Positions 50,269 to 60,559 of a stretch of DNA of 64,000 bases are shown in pieces. The stretch is from Cyanophyceae cyanobacterium (lineage in GTDB: Bacteria > Cyanobacteriota > Cyanobacteriia > Cyanobacteriales > Laspinemataceae). Location: positions 32,001-96,000 of the forward strand of contig JBBQFN010000005.1 of NCBI GenBank assembly GCA_038321985.1, written 5' to 3'. Both the position numbers and the translations under genes were made by a program. How positions within the stretch are numbered: the stretch's first letter is position 1; each line of letters opens with the position of its first letter. A model generated the notes under the pieces. It was not told where the DNA came from. It saw only the letters and a program-made list of their open reading frames with translations, and did not search any database.

Positions 50269-52191
50269 TCACGGTTTTGCCTCCCACTTCGGTCCGGTTG
50301 CCGTTGTCTGCAACCGCCAGACCCCCAGTTGGGGTTCCTTGACTTCTAATACGCCACCGTTTAGGGGTTGCCGAACATAAGGACTCTCTATGACCGGCCA
50401 ATTTTTGAGTTGGCGCAGTTTGCCGTTGATGGTGGCCCTGGCGATCGCCCCCTCTGGTTCATAGGTCATGATCAGCTGGTCCCCGTCGAGACTTTCATAT
50501 TCTAACGTGCCATTCGTTTCCCAAGCGCGATCGCTCACTTGGGTTCGATTCAGGACCCGAATCAGACTATCAAAGGTCGGATACTGTGCGACCCTCGCCA
50601 CATCGACGATCCAGGCAGTTTTTCGGCCTGTTGCAGCTAAGGCTTGATAAGCGGCGTTTTTTTCAGATACGGGCAGCTTTAAGGCAATTTCATCTCCCCA
50701 AGCCTGTGCCACTAACCAGGTTTCTTGGATGCGCCAAATATACCACTTGTCATGTCGGCGGGGTTCTCCATACCCGATCGGTAACACTAAGTGCGACCGC
50801 CCTGGAACTCCTGCTTCTAAATCGGAGTCGGTCAGAATCTGCTGATAAATGACCGCACTTCGTTCCTGCACATATTGGTCCCCGGGGGTTTTTCCCGTTG
50901 CCATGGGGGAGTGATAAGTTCCCCCCAAACTCACTACTGGATTGTTTAACCCGTTTGGGTCACGAATCACCAGTTTATAGGTGGCATACTGGGCGCGGAT
51001 TGTGCCTTCCACTTGATAGGCCCGTGAGCTTTCTAACAGAGTACCCACACTATAATCCTGGGTGACGTAGAAAGTTTCCCAGAAGTGATTGTCTGCATGG
51101 TAAGTGTAATACGCCGGATGACTGGCTTGGACCGAAAAAGGTAAGGGGACTTGCTTGTGTGCGATCGCCCGTAAATGTTCGGGGGGACGATAGGAACTCA
51201 AGGCAGGGGCGAGAGAAAGCCGCGCATAGTTGAGTTGCATTCCCTCGGCGATCGCCTTATCATCTGTGCGATTCTGGGTTCCCCACCAGATCCAGGCCAC
51301 CGCACTCAATCCATTATTCCAAGTATTGCGATCAAAACCGCGACTTTCCGCACTTCCGGAGGTTCCCCAACTCAGACGCAAAGCCATATTGGTGGCATAC
51401 CAGTCTAAAAGTGCCGTTGCCAGTTCCCGTAGTTGGGGGGTTTCGGCGAAATCATAGAGGTTGAGTAATCCAGCAATACTATAGCCGTAATAGATAGAAG
51501 AATGAAATTCTCCCTGACCAATCGTGAGAAATTTGTCAAACTGCGATCGCAACCAGGCTTCATTGGTATCAGCCACATCAGGCAATTCCACCGGAAATCC
51601 GCTGCCATTCATGAGTGCGAGTCCTGAGCCCCGCTGCATAAACCCGTGATTTTCCGTACCGCCTTCACCCCATTCTATAACCCGAGGGCTGACCAGCATA
51701 CTCCGGTAAGACGCCTTCACCGGGTCCGGGAGACTGTCCTGGTACAGGAAGAAAATGCGGGCGTCTAACATACTCCGAAAATGATATAAATCCGGGCGAT
51801 CGCGTTCCACTTTTAGCAACATCTCCCAACTGGGTTGGGGTTGATACAATTCCGGTAAACTAAGCCGCGCTAAAATAATCGGCAACAAGTATTTATGAGG
51901 GTCTTCAATCCCTTCTCTACGCCACCAGCGATCGCGTTCTTCAAGATTTTGACGGGCTATTTTTTGTCGAATTAATAAACTCCGGCGTTGAAACTCTACC
52001 TCGGTTTCATCTAGACTGGAATAAGGAGAAAGCCGTTGCATCTGGGTGCTTCTTTTGCGTAGTTCTTCTTTTTGTGCCTTTGTCCATTGTGTAAACGGTT
52101 CTTGGGATTCAATGGGGGGATTTGAAACAGGAAGGGCCGCGCAAGCATTCAGTGCGATCGCCAGAATTAGATTGACTACCCAATAACGCAT
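50269..52191 (-). CDS. Large hypothetical lipoprotein (possibly polysaccharide lyase/heparinase-like fold)
   Basis: ATG 52191, lipobox LNAC; helical N-half with GTENH and GEFHSSIY, aromatic beta-rich C-half. Confidence 0.75.
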   Translation of the reverse strand: MRYWVVNLILAIALNACAALPVSNPPIESQEPFTQWTKAQKEELRKRSTQMQRLSPYSSLDETEVEFQRRSLLIRQKIARQNLEERDRWWRREGIEDPHKYLLPIILARLSLPELYQPQPSWEMLLKVERDRPDLYHFRSMLDARIFFLYQDSLPDPVKASYRSMLVSPRVIEWGEGGTENHGFMQRGSGLALMNGSGFPVELPDVADTNEAWLRSQFDKFLTIGQGEFHSSIYYGYSIAGLLNLYDFAETPQLRELATALLDWYATNMALRLSWGTSGSAESRGFDRNTWNNGLSAVAWIWWGTQNRTDDKAIAEGMQLNYARLSLAPALSSYRPPEHLRAIAHKQVPLPFSVQASHPAYYTYHADNHFWETFYVTQDYSVGTLLESSRAYQVEGTIRAQYATYKLVIRDPNGLNNPVVSLGGTYHSPMATGKTPGDQYVQERSAVIYQQILTDSDLEAGVPGRSHLVLPIGYGEPRRHDKWYIWRIQETWLVAQAWGDEIALKLPVSEKNAAYQALAATGRKTAWIVDVARVAQYPTFDSLIRVLNRTQVSDRAWETNGTLEYESLDGDQLIMTYEPEGAIARATINGKLRQLKNWPVIESPYVRQPLNGGVLEVKEPQLGVWRLQTTATGPKWEAKP

Positions 52192-52475
52192 TAGGATTAA
52201 AAAATAAATTAGCAACGAGGGACAAGTCTGTGCTTATTTTAAAGGGGAATGGGTGGAGTTAGTCCAAGTCCGTATATTTACGGGTCCTTGAATGAGAAGC
52301 CTCGGGCCCCAATCCGAGGAGGAAGACTCTTACCACCCGCCGATCCCAGTACAGAACCAGAAAAAAAGGATAAACTAATTCTGGAAGGTTCAAGTGGGGA
52401 AGCCACAGCTCGGGTCTCCCCCTTTATTTGTTGAGTAAAACTCCTCTATTTAGACCGTAGTGATCTCAGTAACCT

Positions 52476-55400
52476 ATGGACATCACATCTCCCAAAAAAT
52501 CATCAAAAAACCCAGCCAAGCCCGCAAAAGCTGTCCATTATGCTGGGTTTTTTAATCGGTCCGAGGATTTACTCTGTCTTTTAAGCTTAGAGGGTAGTTT
52601 ACAACAAGTGAATCCCGCGTGGGAAGAAAGAGTAGGATTTACTTCTGAACAACTGGGTAAAACCCCTTTTATCCAATTGGTGCATTCCGAAGACCGCAAC
52701 AAAACGGCTGCGGAAATGACAACCCTATCTCAAGGAATTGAGCGAATTTGTTTTCAAAATCGCTATCAGGGAAAAAATGGGGCGTATCAGTGGATCGAGT
52801 GGAAAATTAGCCGGTCCCCAGAAGAGAGTGTCATGTACGGAATCGGTCGAGCAATTCCGGACCCAGGCGACTGCCCCAGTTTGAAAGACCACCCGGCACC
52901 GCACCCCCGCAACAGCCTCCACTCCCTACAAGAACGCTTGCGTCGGTATCAAGAGATCGCCCACCTCTGCCCCGTTGGGATTTTCCAGTCCGACATCGAC
53001 GGAAAATGCCTCTACGTCAACCAAAAATGGTGCGAAATTGCGGGAATTTCCCCCCAAGAAGGAATGGGGTTCGGATGGAGCCGGATCATCCATCCCGAAG
53101 ATAGCTCTTTTGTCTTTGCCCAATGGTCCCAATTCGTCCAAAACCCTGTGAAATTTCACCTTGAATGCCGGATGTTGCGCACGGATGGAACAATCATTTG
53201 GGTACTCGTTCAAGCCGTAATTCAAACCGGAGACAGGGGAGAAATCACGGGGTTTGTGGGGGCAGTCGTCGATATTAGCGATCGCAAACAGATGGAAGAA
53301 GCCCTCAAACAGGTTAATCAAAACCTAGAAAACCGAGATACAGACCGCAGCGCCGAAGTCCAAAGCGCGATCGCCCAGTTACAAGAGGAAATCACCTCCC
53401 GCACCCAGGCAGAAGCAGCTTTACAGAAAGAAAGGGAATTCCTGAATGCCCTGCTCAATAATTTAGCCGATGGGATAGTCGCTTGTGACGCCAACGGCAT
53501 TTTAACCCTATTCAATCAGGCCACGAAAGAGTATCACGGCTTGCCAGAATATCCCATCCCTCCGGAACAGTGGGCCGAGTATTACAATTTATATCAACCA
53601 GACGGGACCCCAATGCCCGTAGAAGAAATTCCCCTGTTTCGCGCCCTTCGCGGCGAAACCGTTCAAAATGTGCAAATGGTGATCGCGCCGAAACATCAGA
53701 AACACCGCACCCTCCTCGCCAGTGGTCAGGCGATCATCGATGCCTCCGGGAACAAGTTAGGGGCCGTGGTTGCCATGCGCGACATCACCGATCGCCAAGA
53801 AGCTGAAGCGGCACTCCAGGAAAGCCAATCCCGCCTCAACAGCATCCTCAACTCCCTCGATGATATGGTCTGGTCCATTAATCCGAATACCTTCGAGGTC
53901 CTGTTTTTAAACCCCGCCGCAGAAAAACTTTACGGAGTTTCTCGCCTAGATTTTTACGAAAATCCCCGGCTTTGGCAAGACATGGTTTACCCAGAAGATC
54001 AGGACCTTGTTGAGCGGTATAACCAGGAAGTAATGGAAACCGGCAGCAGCGAAGTCGAATATCGCTTGGTCCGCCAGGATGGCAACATTCGTATCATCCA
54101 AGCTCGGACTCGGCTGATTTATGACGCTAACGGTCAAGCGATCCGCATGGATGGAATTGTCAGCGACATCACCGATCGCAAACTCGCCGAAAAAGAACGG
54201 GAACGCCTCACCGCCGTCATCGACGCGACCCCTGATTTTGTCGGGTTCTGCGACATCAACGGAAACGTCCTCTACCTGAACCCTGCTGCTCGCAGCATTG
54301 TCGGAATTACTCAGGATGATAATGTCACCAGGCGACACATTTCCGATTTTATTCCTCAAACAAGGCAAGAATTGGTCTTAACTCAAGCCTTACCGACTGC
54401 CGCCGAAACGGGAGTCTGGAGTGGAGAAACTGCATTGCTGCACCAAGACGGTTCTGAAATACCCGCCTTACAGGTCCTGATGAGCCATCGGTCCGAAAGT
54501 GGAACTGTGGAATATTTTTCTACCATCCTTAGAGACATCACTGAACGCAAAAACGCCGAAGAAACCCTGCGCCGCAACGCCTTGCAACTTGCCCAAGCCC
54601 AACAAATTGCCCATATTGGTTCGTGGGAATTCGATTTGACTACTTATCAAGTGGATTGGTCCGAGGAACTGTTACGCATTTATAAAATGGAAGAAGCAGA
54701 ATCGGCTCCAAGTTATGAACAGTTCATGCAGCTTGTTCATGCCGAGGATCGTGAAATGCTCAAAGCTGCTATCAATCAGGCCCTCAGTGAAGGTCAACCC
54801 TTTGAACGTAATCATCGAATGCTGCTTGCAGACGGTTCTATCAAATTTATCTCCTCCAAAGGGCAGCCGATTTTCAGCCCAGAAGGAGAGCTCGTCAAAC
54901 TGATCGGAACCGGTCATGATATCACGGAACACCATCAAGCCGAAGAAGCCTTGCGTCGGAGTGAAGAACTTTATCGGGCGATCGCCCGCAACTTCCCCAA
55001 TGGTGGTATTGCCCTGTTTGATTTGGACTTGCGTTATACCCTCGTGGATGGACGGGAATTAGATGAAATCGGCTTTTCCAAAAGCGATATGGAAGGCAAA
55101 ACCCTCTGGGAATTCTGGCCCCCGGAAACCGTCACGATGTTAGAACCCCTGTATCGATCCGCCCTCGCTGGTGAGACCGTCGTTTTTGAATTACCCTTCG
55201 GTGAGAGAATTTATCTCCTCCATGTTCTACCCGTGACCCATACCACTGGGGAAATCTTTGCCGGGATGATCGTGGGTCAAAATATTACCGCACTGAAAGA
55301 AGCAGAAGCAGCCATTAAACAGCGAGAAGAATACCTGCGTGGCATCCTAGAAAATATGCCGGTGATGATGAATGCCTTCAGTAACGAGGGACTATTTATC

Positions 55401-57125
55401 GCCTGGAACCGGGAATGTGAACGAGTCAGCGGATATAGTGCCGAGGAAATCATTGGTAATCCCCAAGCGGTGGAGATGTTGTATCCCATCCCTGCAGAAA
55501 GAGCCGCGATGCTGACTGAAATGGTTGAATTAGACAATCATTACCGGAACTGGGAACTGGACCTCACCGCCAAAGATGGCAGCATTAAAACTATTGCTTG
55601 GTCCAATATTTCCAAGCAATTTCCGATTCCCGGCTGGTCCGGATGGGGGATTGGGGTCGATGTGAGCGATCGCAAACAAGCCGAAAATGCCCTACGCCAA
55701 TCCGAAGCCGAATCCCGACAACTTGCCAATCGGGAATCCCTGATCAACCGTATTTCGAGTGATATTCGCAACTCCCTAGAAGTGAATACCATCCTGGAAA
55801 CGGTAGTTCAACAGCTATATCAGTTATTAGAACTTGAGCGCTGTAGTTTTGTCTGGTATCGCTACAGTCCGACTGACCCATTCTGGGAAATCGCCACTGA
55901 AGCCAAGGCCCCCGAACTGGAAAGTCGCATCGGCTGCTATCCCATTGAGGGTAATGCGATCGAAACAAAAATCATTAACTCTGAACTGATTCGGTCCGAT
56001 GACCTGACCTGCGACCCCGACCTAGATATCCGATTACTTTATAGCGTATGGGGGTATCGCTCTGCTGTCATAGTTACTATTCAAACTTCCTCGGGAGATG
56101 TCGGTTGCCTCATTTGCGGAACTCATGCTCAACCCCGAACCTGGAAAGAGTGGGAAATAGAACTCTTGGAAGCAGTGATCGAACGGTTAGGGATTGCCCT
56201 CTATCAGGCCGATTTATACCGCCAAGCCCAAGATAGCGCCCGCCAAGCTCAAGAACAAGCCGAACAATTACAGAATACCTTAGAGGAGTTACAACAGACC
56301 CAATCCCAACTGATCCAAACCGAAAAAATGTCCAGCTTGGGCCAATTGGTAGCAGGAGTCGCCCACGAAATCAACAATCCTGTCAACTTCATCCACGGCA
56401 ACTTGACTCACTTAAGCACTTATACAGAGGATTTGCTTACAGCAATTGCCCTGTACCAAGACAACTATCCCCAACCGGAAGCCGAACTCGAAGAGGCGAT
56501 CGCCGACCTAGAACTCGACTATATTACCGAAGATATGCCCAAAATTCTCGCCTCTATGAGAATGGGAACCGATCGCATCCGTAAAATTGTCTTAAGTTTA
56601 CGCAACTTCTCCCGCCTAGACGAAGTGGATATGAAAGAAGTAGACATCCATGAAGGGATTGAAAACACCCTATTAATCTTGCAAAATCGTTTCAAAACCA
56701 AAGGCGATCGGCACGGGATAGAACTGATCAAAGAATACGGAGAATTGCCCTTAATAGAGTGTTACGCCTCCCAGATGAATCAAGTGCTGATGAACATCAT
56801 CAACAATGCGATCGACGCCCTAGAAAGCAACCCTTCCGAAGCCGAAGAAACCCTCCCCACCATTCGGATCAGCACCGAAGTCAGAAGAAATTTAGCCCTC
56901 ATTCGCATCGCCGACAACGGACCCGGCATGACCGAACAAACCAAAGCCCGCCTCTTCGACCCCTTCTTCACCACCAAACCCGTCGGGAAAGGAACCGGAC
57001 TCGGATTAGCTATCAGCTATCAAATCGTAGTAGAAAAACATCACGGCATCTTAGACTGCATCACTGCCCCCGGACAAGGGAGCGAATTTATCATCCAAAT
57101 CCCGATCGCCCAGAGAAAAAATTAA
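52476..57125 (+). CDS. Sensor histidine kinase with ~8 PAS/PAC domains and a GAF domain
   Basis: Repeated D(I/V)(T/S)(D/E)RK PAC ends; GAF; EKMSSLGQLVAGVAHEINNP; NQVLMN, DNGPG, FFTTKPVGKGTGLGL. Confidence 0.96.
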   Translation: MDITSPKKSSKNPAKPAKAVHYAGFFNRSEDLLCLLSLEGSLQQVNPAWEERVGFTSEQLGKTPFIQLVHSEDRNKTAAEMTTLSQGIERICFQNRYQGKNGAYQWIEWKISRSPEESVMYGIGRAIPDPGDCPSLKDHPAPHPRNSLHSLQERLRRYQEIAHLCPVGIFQSDIDGKCLYVNQKWCEIAGISPQEGMGFGWSRIIHPEDSSFVFAQWSQFVQNPVKFHLECRMLRTDGTIIWVLVQAVIQTGDRGEITGFVGAVVDISDRKQMEEALKQVNQNLENRDTDRSAEVQSAIAQLQEEITSRTQAEAALQKEREFLNALLNNLADGIVACDANGILTLFNQATKEYHGLPEYPIPPEQWAEYYNLYQPDGTPMPVEEIPLFRALRGETVQNVQMVIAPKHQKHRTLLASGQAIIDASGNKLGAVVAMRDITDRQEAEAALQESQSRLNSILNSLDDMVWSINPNTFEVLFLNPAAEKLYGVSRLDFYENPRLWQDMVYPEDQDLVERYNQEVMETGSSEVEYRLVRQDGNIRIIQARTRLIYDANGQAIRMDGIVSDITDRKLAEKERERLTAVIDATPDFVGFCDINGNVLYLNPAARSIVGITQDDNVTRRHISDFIPQTRQELVLTQALPTAAETGVWSGETALLHQDGSEIPALQVLMSHRSESGTVEYFSTILRDITERKNAEETLRRNALQLAQAQQIAHIGSWEFDLTTYQVDWSEELLRIYKMEEAESAPSYEQFMQLVHAEDREMLKAAINQALSEGQPFERNHRMLLADGSIKFISSKGQPIFSPEGELVKLIGTGHDITEHHQAEEALRRSEELYRAIARNFPNGGIALFDLDLRYTLVDGRELDEIGFSKSDMEGKTLWEFWPPETVTMLEPLYRSALAGETVVFELPFGERIYLLHVLPVTHTTGEIFAGMIVGQNITALKEAEAAIKQREEYLRGILENMPVMMNAFSNEGLFIAWNRECERVSGYSAEEIIGNPQAVEMLYPIPAERAAMLTEMVELDNHYRNWELDLTAKDGSIKTIAWSNISKQFPIPGWSGWGIGVDVSDRKQAENALRQSEAESRQLANRESLINRISSDIRNSLEVNTILETVVQQLYQLLELERCSFVWYRYSPTDPFWEIATEAKAPELESRIGCYPIEGNAIETKIINSELIRSDDLTCDPDLDIRLLYSVWGYRSAVIVTIQTSSGDVGCLICGTHAQPRTWKEWEIELLEAVIERLGIALYQADLYRQAQDSARQAQEQAEQLQNTLEELQQTQSQLIQTEKMSSLGQLVAGVAHEINNPVNFIHGNLTHLSTYTEDLLTAIALYQDNYPQPEAELEEAIADLELDYITEDMPKILASMRMGTDRIRKIVLSLRNFSRLDEVDMKEVDIHEGIENTLLILQNRFKTKGDRHGIELIKEYGELPLIECYASQMNQVLMNIINNAIDALESNPSEAEETLPTIRISTEVRRNLALIRIADNGPGMTEQTKARLFDPFFTTKPVGKGTGLGLAISYQIVVEKHHGILDCITAPGQGSEFIIQIPIAQRKN

Positions 57126-57231
57126 CCTAATTTCACCTGCCCCAAAGCCTCAAAGCTGCGGCTATACAAACAAAGCCCGCCTGCGCTGCCTAATCCCTAA
57201 AACCCTGTACAAACTATCAATAAGTTCTCCT

Positions 57232-57288
57232 GTTCGTAGTAACGACTTCAGTCGTTCTCCCCAGTTCAACGTCACGACTTAGGTCGTT
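57232..57288 (+). repeat. REP-like copies
   Basis: GTTCGTAGTAACGACTTCAGTCGTT at 57232-57256; ACGACTTAGGTCGTT downstream. Confidence 0.85.
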
Positions 57289-57557
57289 TCATGACCAAAA
57301 CCCAACTTAGGGTAAAATAATCAAGCGGACCACCTCTGGCCCCTTGCCAGATTCCAGGAGCATGACCGCAACCCAAGGCGAGTAATGATAAAATCGCCGT
57401 GTCACCGATGAGCCGTTTGTGGGTCTTCAGGAAATCGCGGGGGTTTTGCATAGCAATAGGGTTGGCAGAGGGGATTTTCGCCTAGTTTGGGTATAGCATA
57501 AAATCACCCTTATGGGTAATATCTTTTATAATGAAAGCTGAAATTATGTCCCGCCAG

Positions 57558-57646
57558 GTTCGTAGTAACTCCTTGATTGAGTCATCTTCATGCAACCCCC
57601 GAAGGGGTTACTACAAACGTTCGTAGTAACTCCTTTACCGAGTCAT
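57558..57646. repeat. Three variant REP-like copies (direct, inverted, direct)
   Basis: GTTCGTAGTAACTCC..GAGTCAT twice, with inverted GTTTGTAGTAACCCCTTCGGGGGTTG between them. Confidence 0.8.
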
Positions 57647-57659
57647 AACACGAGATATA

Positions 57660-59135
57660 CTACTTCTTCCTATCGGGCAAGTTCCTCGGTGGGATATCTC
57701 GCCCTTCGTAGAACCGGCGTTCTAGTTTACCCAATCCCCACCATAGTGCACTTAATCCTAGGGTAATGCCGGTGGAAATTGCAACGGTGGGGACGGTGTT
57801 TTCGGAGGTGATTACGGTTAATAAGGGGGCGGTTATCCAGGCGATCGCTGCTAAAATCCCCCCTATTTCCCGGAGTTTCTGGATGCGGCGCAATGCTGTG
57901 GAACAACTGCGGCAATGGATGGTGTGAGAATGATAGCGATCGAGTAACTCTTCGCGCGATCGCAAGGGCGGAAAGGATTTCCCCGGAAATGGATCGGCGT
58001 CATACTCATTTACCCATTTCCGAAATGCTAAGACAAACAAATCCGCTTTCGTTGGCAAATAAAACGCTTTAGCGATTTTCTCACTCCCTCCGGCTGCCTC
58101 TAAATATCGCTCTTGATGGTATAGAAAAATCTGGTCATCTTCCAAGATGGCATTCTGTCCAATATGGGAATACCACTGGGGGGTTGATTTAATAAAAGTT
58201 TCTGGCACTTTTGAGGCAAATTGAAATGGAAATCGTGCAAACAATCGACATTCTCCTTTGCGAATTGGGGTTGCATAAACTACTGTCATCGTTCTGCCAA
58301 ATTGCTTAGAGGTGAGGTCATGCCACATCAGCCCCGGTGCGATAAAGTGGGTCTGCTGACTGCCTAATGTGCCTTTGCGCGGTCCTTCTTCCCAGAATCC
58401 TTGAAATCCTTGTTTCCCTGCCGCCATCACCTCCAATTCCACCGGGCTAACATTGGAACGGTTTCCGACAGTGCGATGATGGGTATAGGGGATATGACTG
58501 GCATCGAGAACATTTTCTAATAGGGTAAGGGCATCATAAGGTAAGTCTCGAAACGTGTTCAAACAAACCCACTTAGAGGGCGATTCTTCCAAGGGTTCAA
58601 CAATAGGAACCCTGGTATTTTCTGCATTCTCGGGCTTCCCGGCATATACGAATAATAATCCCTGATATTCTGCGGTGGGAAAGTTTCTCACGCAGGCTCG
58701 CTCTGAGCGTTCGGCTTTGCCCCCCTCATTCTGCTGGGGAATATTTTCGCACTTGCCGGTTGCAGAAAATGCCCATCCATGATACGGACATTCTAACCAA
58801 CCTTTCTCGTTAATTCTTCCCTCGGATAGAGGTGCGAGACGGTGAGGACATTTATCATCAAATACCCGCCAAGATTGCCCAGTTTTGTCCCACCAAATGG
58901 CTAAGTCTACTCCCAATAGAGTAAATTTCATGATTTTGGACTTGTCCAAATCTTGGAGATAATAGACGGGATACCAGGCTTCCCAAACATCAAAGCGATG
59001 GGGGTCGTTTCCTCCGGGTTCAGAGTTTGTAGAGGCTAGGGTTTCGGCAGTGGGAGTGGGTTCTTTCTCTAAGGCGATCGCTTTTTTTTCTATCATATTA
59101 TTGGGGTGGATTTGGCGATATAATTTCTCTAGCAT
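57660..59135 (-). CDS. Rieske 2Fe-2S oxygenase, pheophorbide a oxygenase (PaO/Tic55) family
   Basis: CPHRLAPLSEG..CPYHGW; ENVLDASHIPYTHH; HTIHCRSC; two C-terminal TMs. Confidence 0.93.
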   Translation of the reverse strand: MLEKLYRQIHPNNMIEKKAIALEKEPTPTAETLASTNSEPGGNDPHRFDVWEAWYPVYYLQDLDKSKIMKFTLLGVDLAIWWDKTGQSWRVFDDKCPHRLAPLSEGRINEKGWLECPYHGWAFSATGKCENIPQQNEGGKAERSERACVRNFPTAEYQGLLFVYAGKPENAENTRVPIVEPLEESPSKWVCLNTFRDLPYDALTLLENVLDASHIPYTHHRTVGNRSNVSPVELEVMAAGKQGFQGFWEEGPRKGTLGSQQTHFIAPGLMWHDLTSKQFGRTMTVVYATPIRKGECRLFARFPFQFASKVPETFIKSTPQWYSHIGQNAILEDDQIFLYHQERYLEAAGGSEKIAKAFYLPTKADLFVLAFRKWVNEYDADPFPGKSFPPLRSREELLDRYHSHTIHCRSCSTALRRIQKLREIGGILAAIAWITAPLLTVITSENTVPTVAISTGITLGLSALWWGLGKLERRFYEGRDIPPRNLPDRKK

Positions 59136-59191
59136 TTGCTATTCTAATTTTAGAATGTTAATCGTCTGAATGGGTAAAATTTAGAAAACCA

Positions 59192-59842
59192 ATGAACAAC
59201 ACCAATGATGCCAGACGATTTGCCCCTGCTACTCAACGCAACCGTGAACCAATTTTAAAGGTATTGCGTCGGGTTCTACCACCGACAGGCACCGTGTTGG
59301 AAGTAGCAAGCGGAAGCGGCGAACACGCCATCTTTTTTGCTCCTCGTCTCAAACCGCGCCTATGGCAACCCACCGAACCAGAACCTACATTGCGAAACAG
59401 TATTCTCGCCTGGATGAACGAGCTTCCCTCGGACTATCTTTTACCCCCAGTCGCCCTGAATGTTACGGAGTCCATTTGGCCCATCGAACCCGAAGAAAAC
59501 GGGGGTAAAACTCAACGGGAAATTACCGCAATTATCGCCATTAATTTAATTCATATCTCTCCGTTTACCGCCACCTTAGGACTCATGGCGGGTGCAAGCC
59601 GTATCCTGCCCCCAGGTGGTATTCTTTACCTCTATGGTCCCTTTAAACAAGGCGGAAAACATACGGCCCCAACCAATGAAAGTTTTGATTATACCCTGCA
59701 ACAGCAAAACCCGGAGTGGGGAGTTCGTAATTTAGAGGATGTCGAAGCCGTCGCTCGCCAAAACCACCTGACTTTACAGGAAATTGTCGAAATGCCTGCT
59801 AATAATTTATCGGTAGTATTTCAACGAGAAAATCAGGTTTAA
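59192..59842 (+). CDS. DUF938 family SAM-dependent methyltransferase
   Basis: APATQRNREPIL, VLEVASGSGEH, INLIHIS, YGPF, EMPANN. Confidence 0.92.
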   Translation: MNNTNDARRFAPATQRNREPILKVLRRVLPPTGTVLEVASGSGEHAIFFAPRLKPRLWQPTEPEPTLRNSILAWMNELPSDYLLPPVALNVTESIWPIEPEENGGKTQREITAIIAINLIHISPFTATLGLMAGASRILPPGGILYLYGPFKQGGKHTAPTNESFDYTLQQQNPEWGVRNLEDVEAVARQNHLTLQEIVEMPANNLSVVFQRENQV

Positions 59843-59932
59843 AATCATCTAAAATGAATTGAAATTTGGGGGATTATATATTATTATTTACATCGAAAAG
59901 GACAAGGCACTGCCCTGTCCTTTTTCCCTAGA

Positions 59933-60445
59933 TTAAGATTGAACATTCGGCTCAATAAACTTATTATTGGCCCGGACAAATTGTGCCGTTCCTTGATTGG
60001 TAACCACTAACCACGGCTTACCACTGCGATCAAATTGCACTGCATTTGTATAGCTAGGATGAGGAGTAACGATACTTCGTTCTATGAGGGTACTTTCTAC
60101 GGGAAACTCAAATCCTGGGCCGCTACGGGCATTCAATCCCCCTGGGGCGATAATCTCCCATTCCTGCCAATTGCCGGTAGTAAACTCGCCGGCAGGATTC
60201 ACGGGAGGCGGAGACACTCTTGTAGGTAGGGTGATTCCCGCTACTGTGCGATCGATTACCTCCTGGGTTTGATCTCCTACAATTCCATCTACCGTTAGTG
60301 CTGATTCAGCTTGAAACGCTTTCACTGCATCTTCTGTGCGGGGGTCAAAAGTTGGGTTAAAACGCCCGATGCTATACCCTAACTTTTCTAATTGCATCTG
60401 CAATTGTTCAACTTCCGGACCTGTATCCCCTCGTTGTAATACCAT
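59933..60445 (-). CDS. Peptidoglycan-binding domain plus SH3-like domain protein
   Basis: LQRGDTGPEVEQLQ..DGIVGDQT; LNARSGPGFEFPV; GGAGG RBS. Confidence 0.85.
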   Translation of the reverse strand: MVLQRGDTGPEVEQLQMQLEKLGYSIGRFNPTFDPRTEDAVKAFQAESALTVDGIVGDQTQEVIDRTVAGITLPTRVSPPPVNPAGEFTTGNWQEWEIIAPGGLNARSGPGFEFPVESTLIERSIVTPHPSYTNAVQFDRSGKPWLVVTNQGTAQFVRANNKFIEPNVQS

Positions 60446-60559
60446 TTATTTATTAACCTCCAGAATTGATTCAAATTAGCGGGTGAGCTAAAAATTTACT
60501 CGACCCCTTCCCATCTTAGCGATTATCCCCAGGGTTCGTACTATCACACCCTTAAGTGA

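Noticed and set aside
55730..56220. Cyanobacteriochrome GAF in the kinase
   Set aside because: Lacks the DxxF/DxCF and CH bilin-binding motifs
57272..57451. ~59-aa minus-strand ORF (MQNPRDFLKTHK...)
   Set aside because: No RBS, no recognisable motif, and it ends inside a REP
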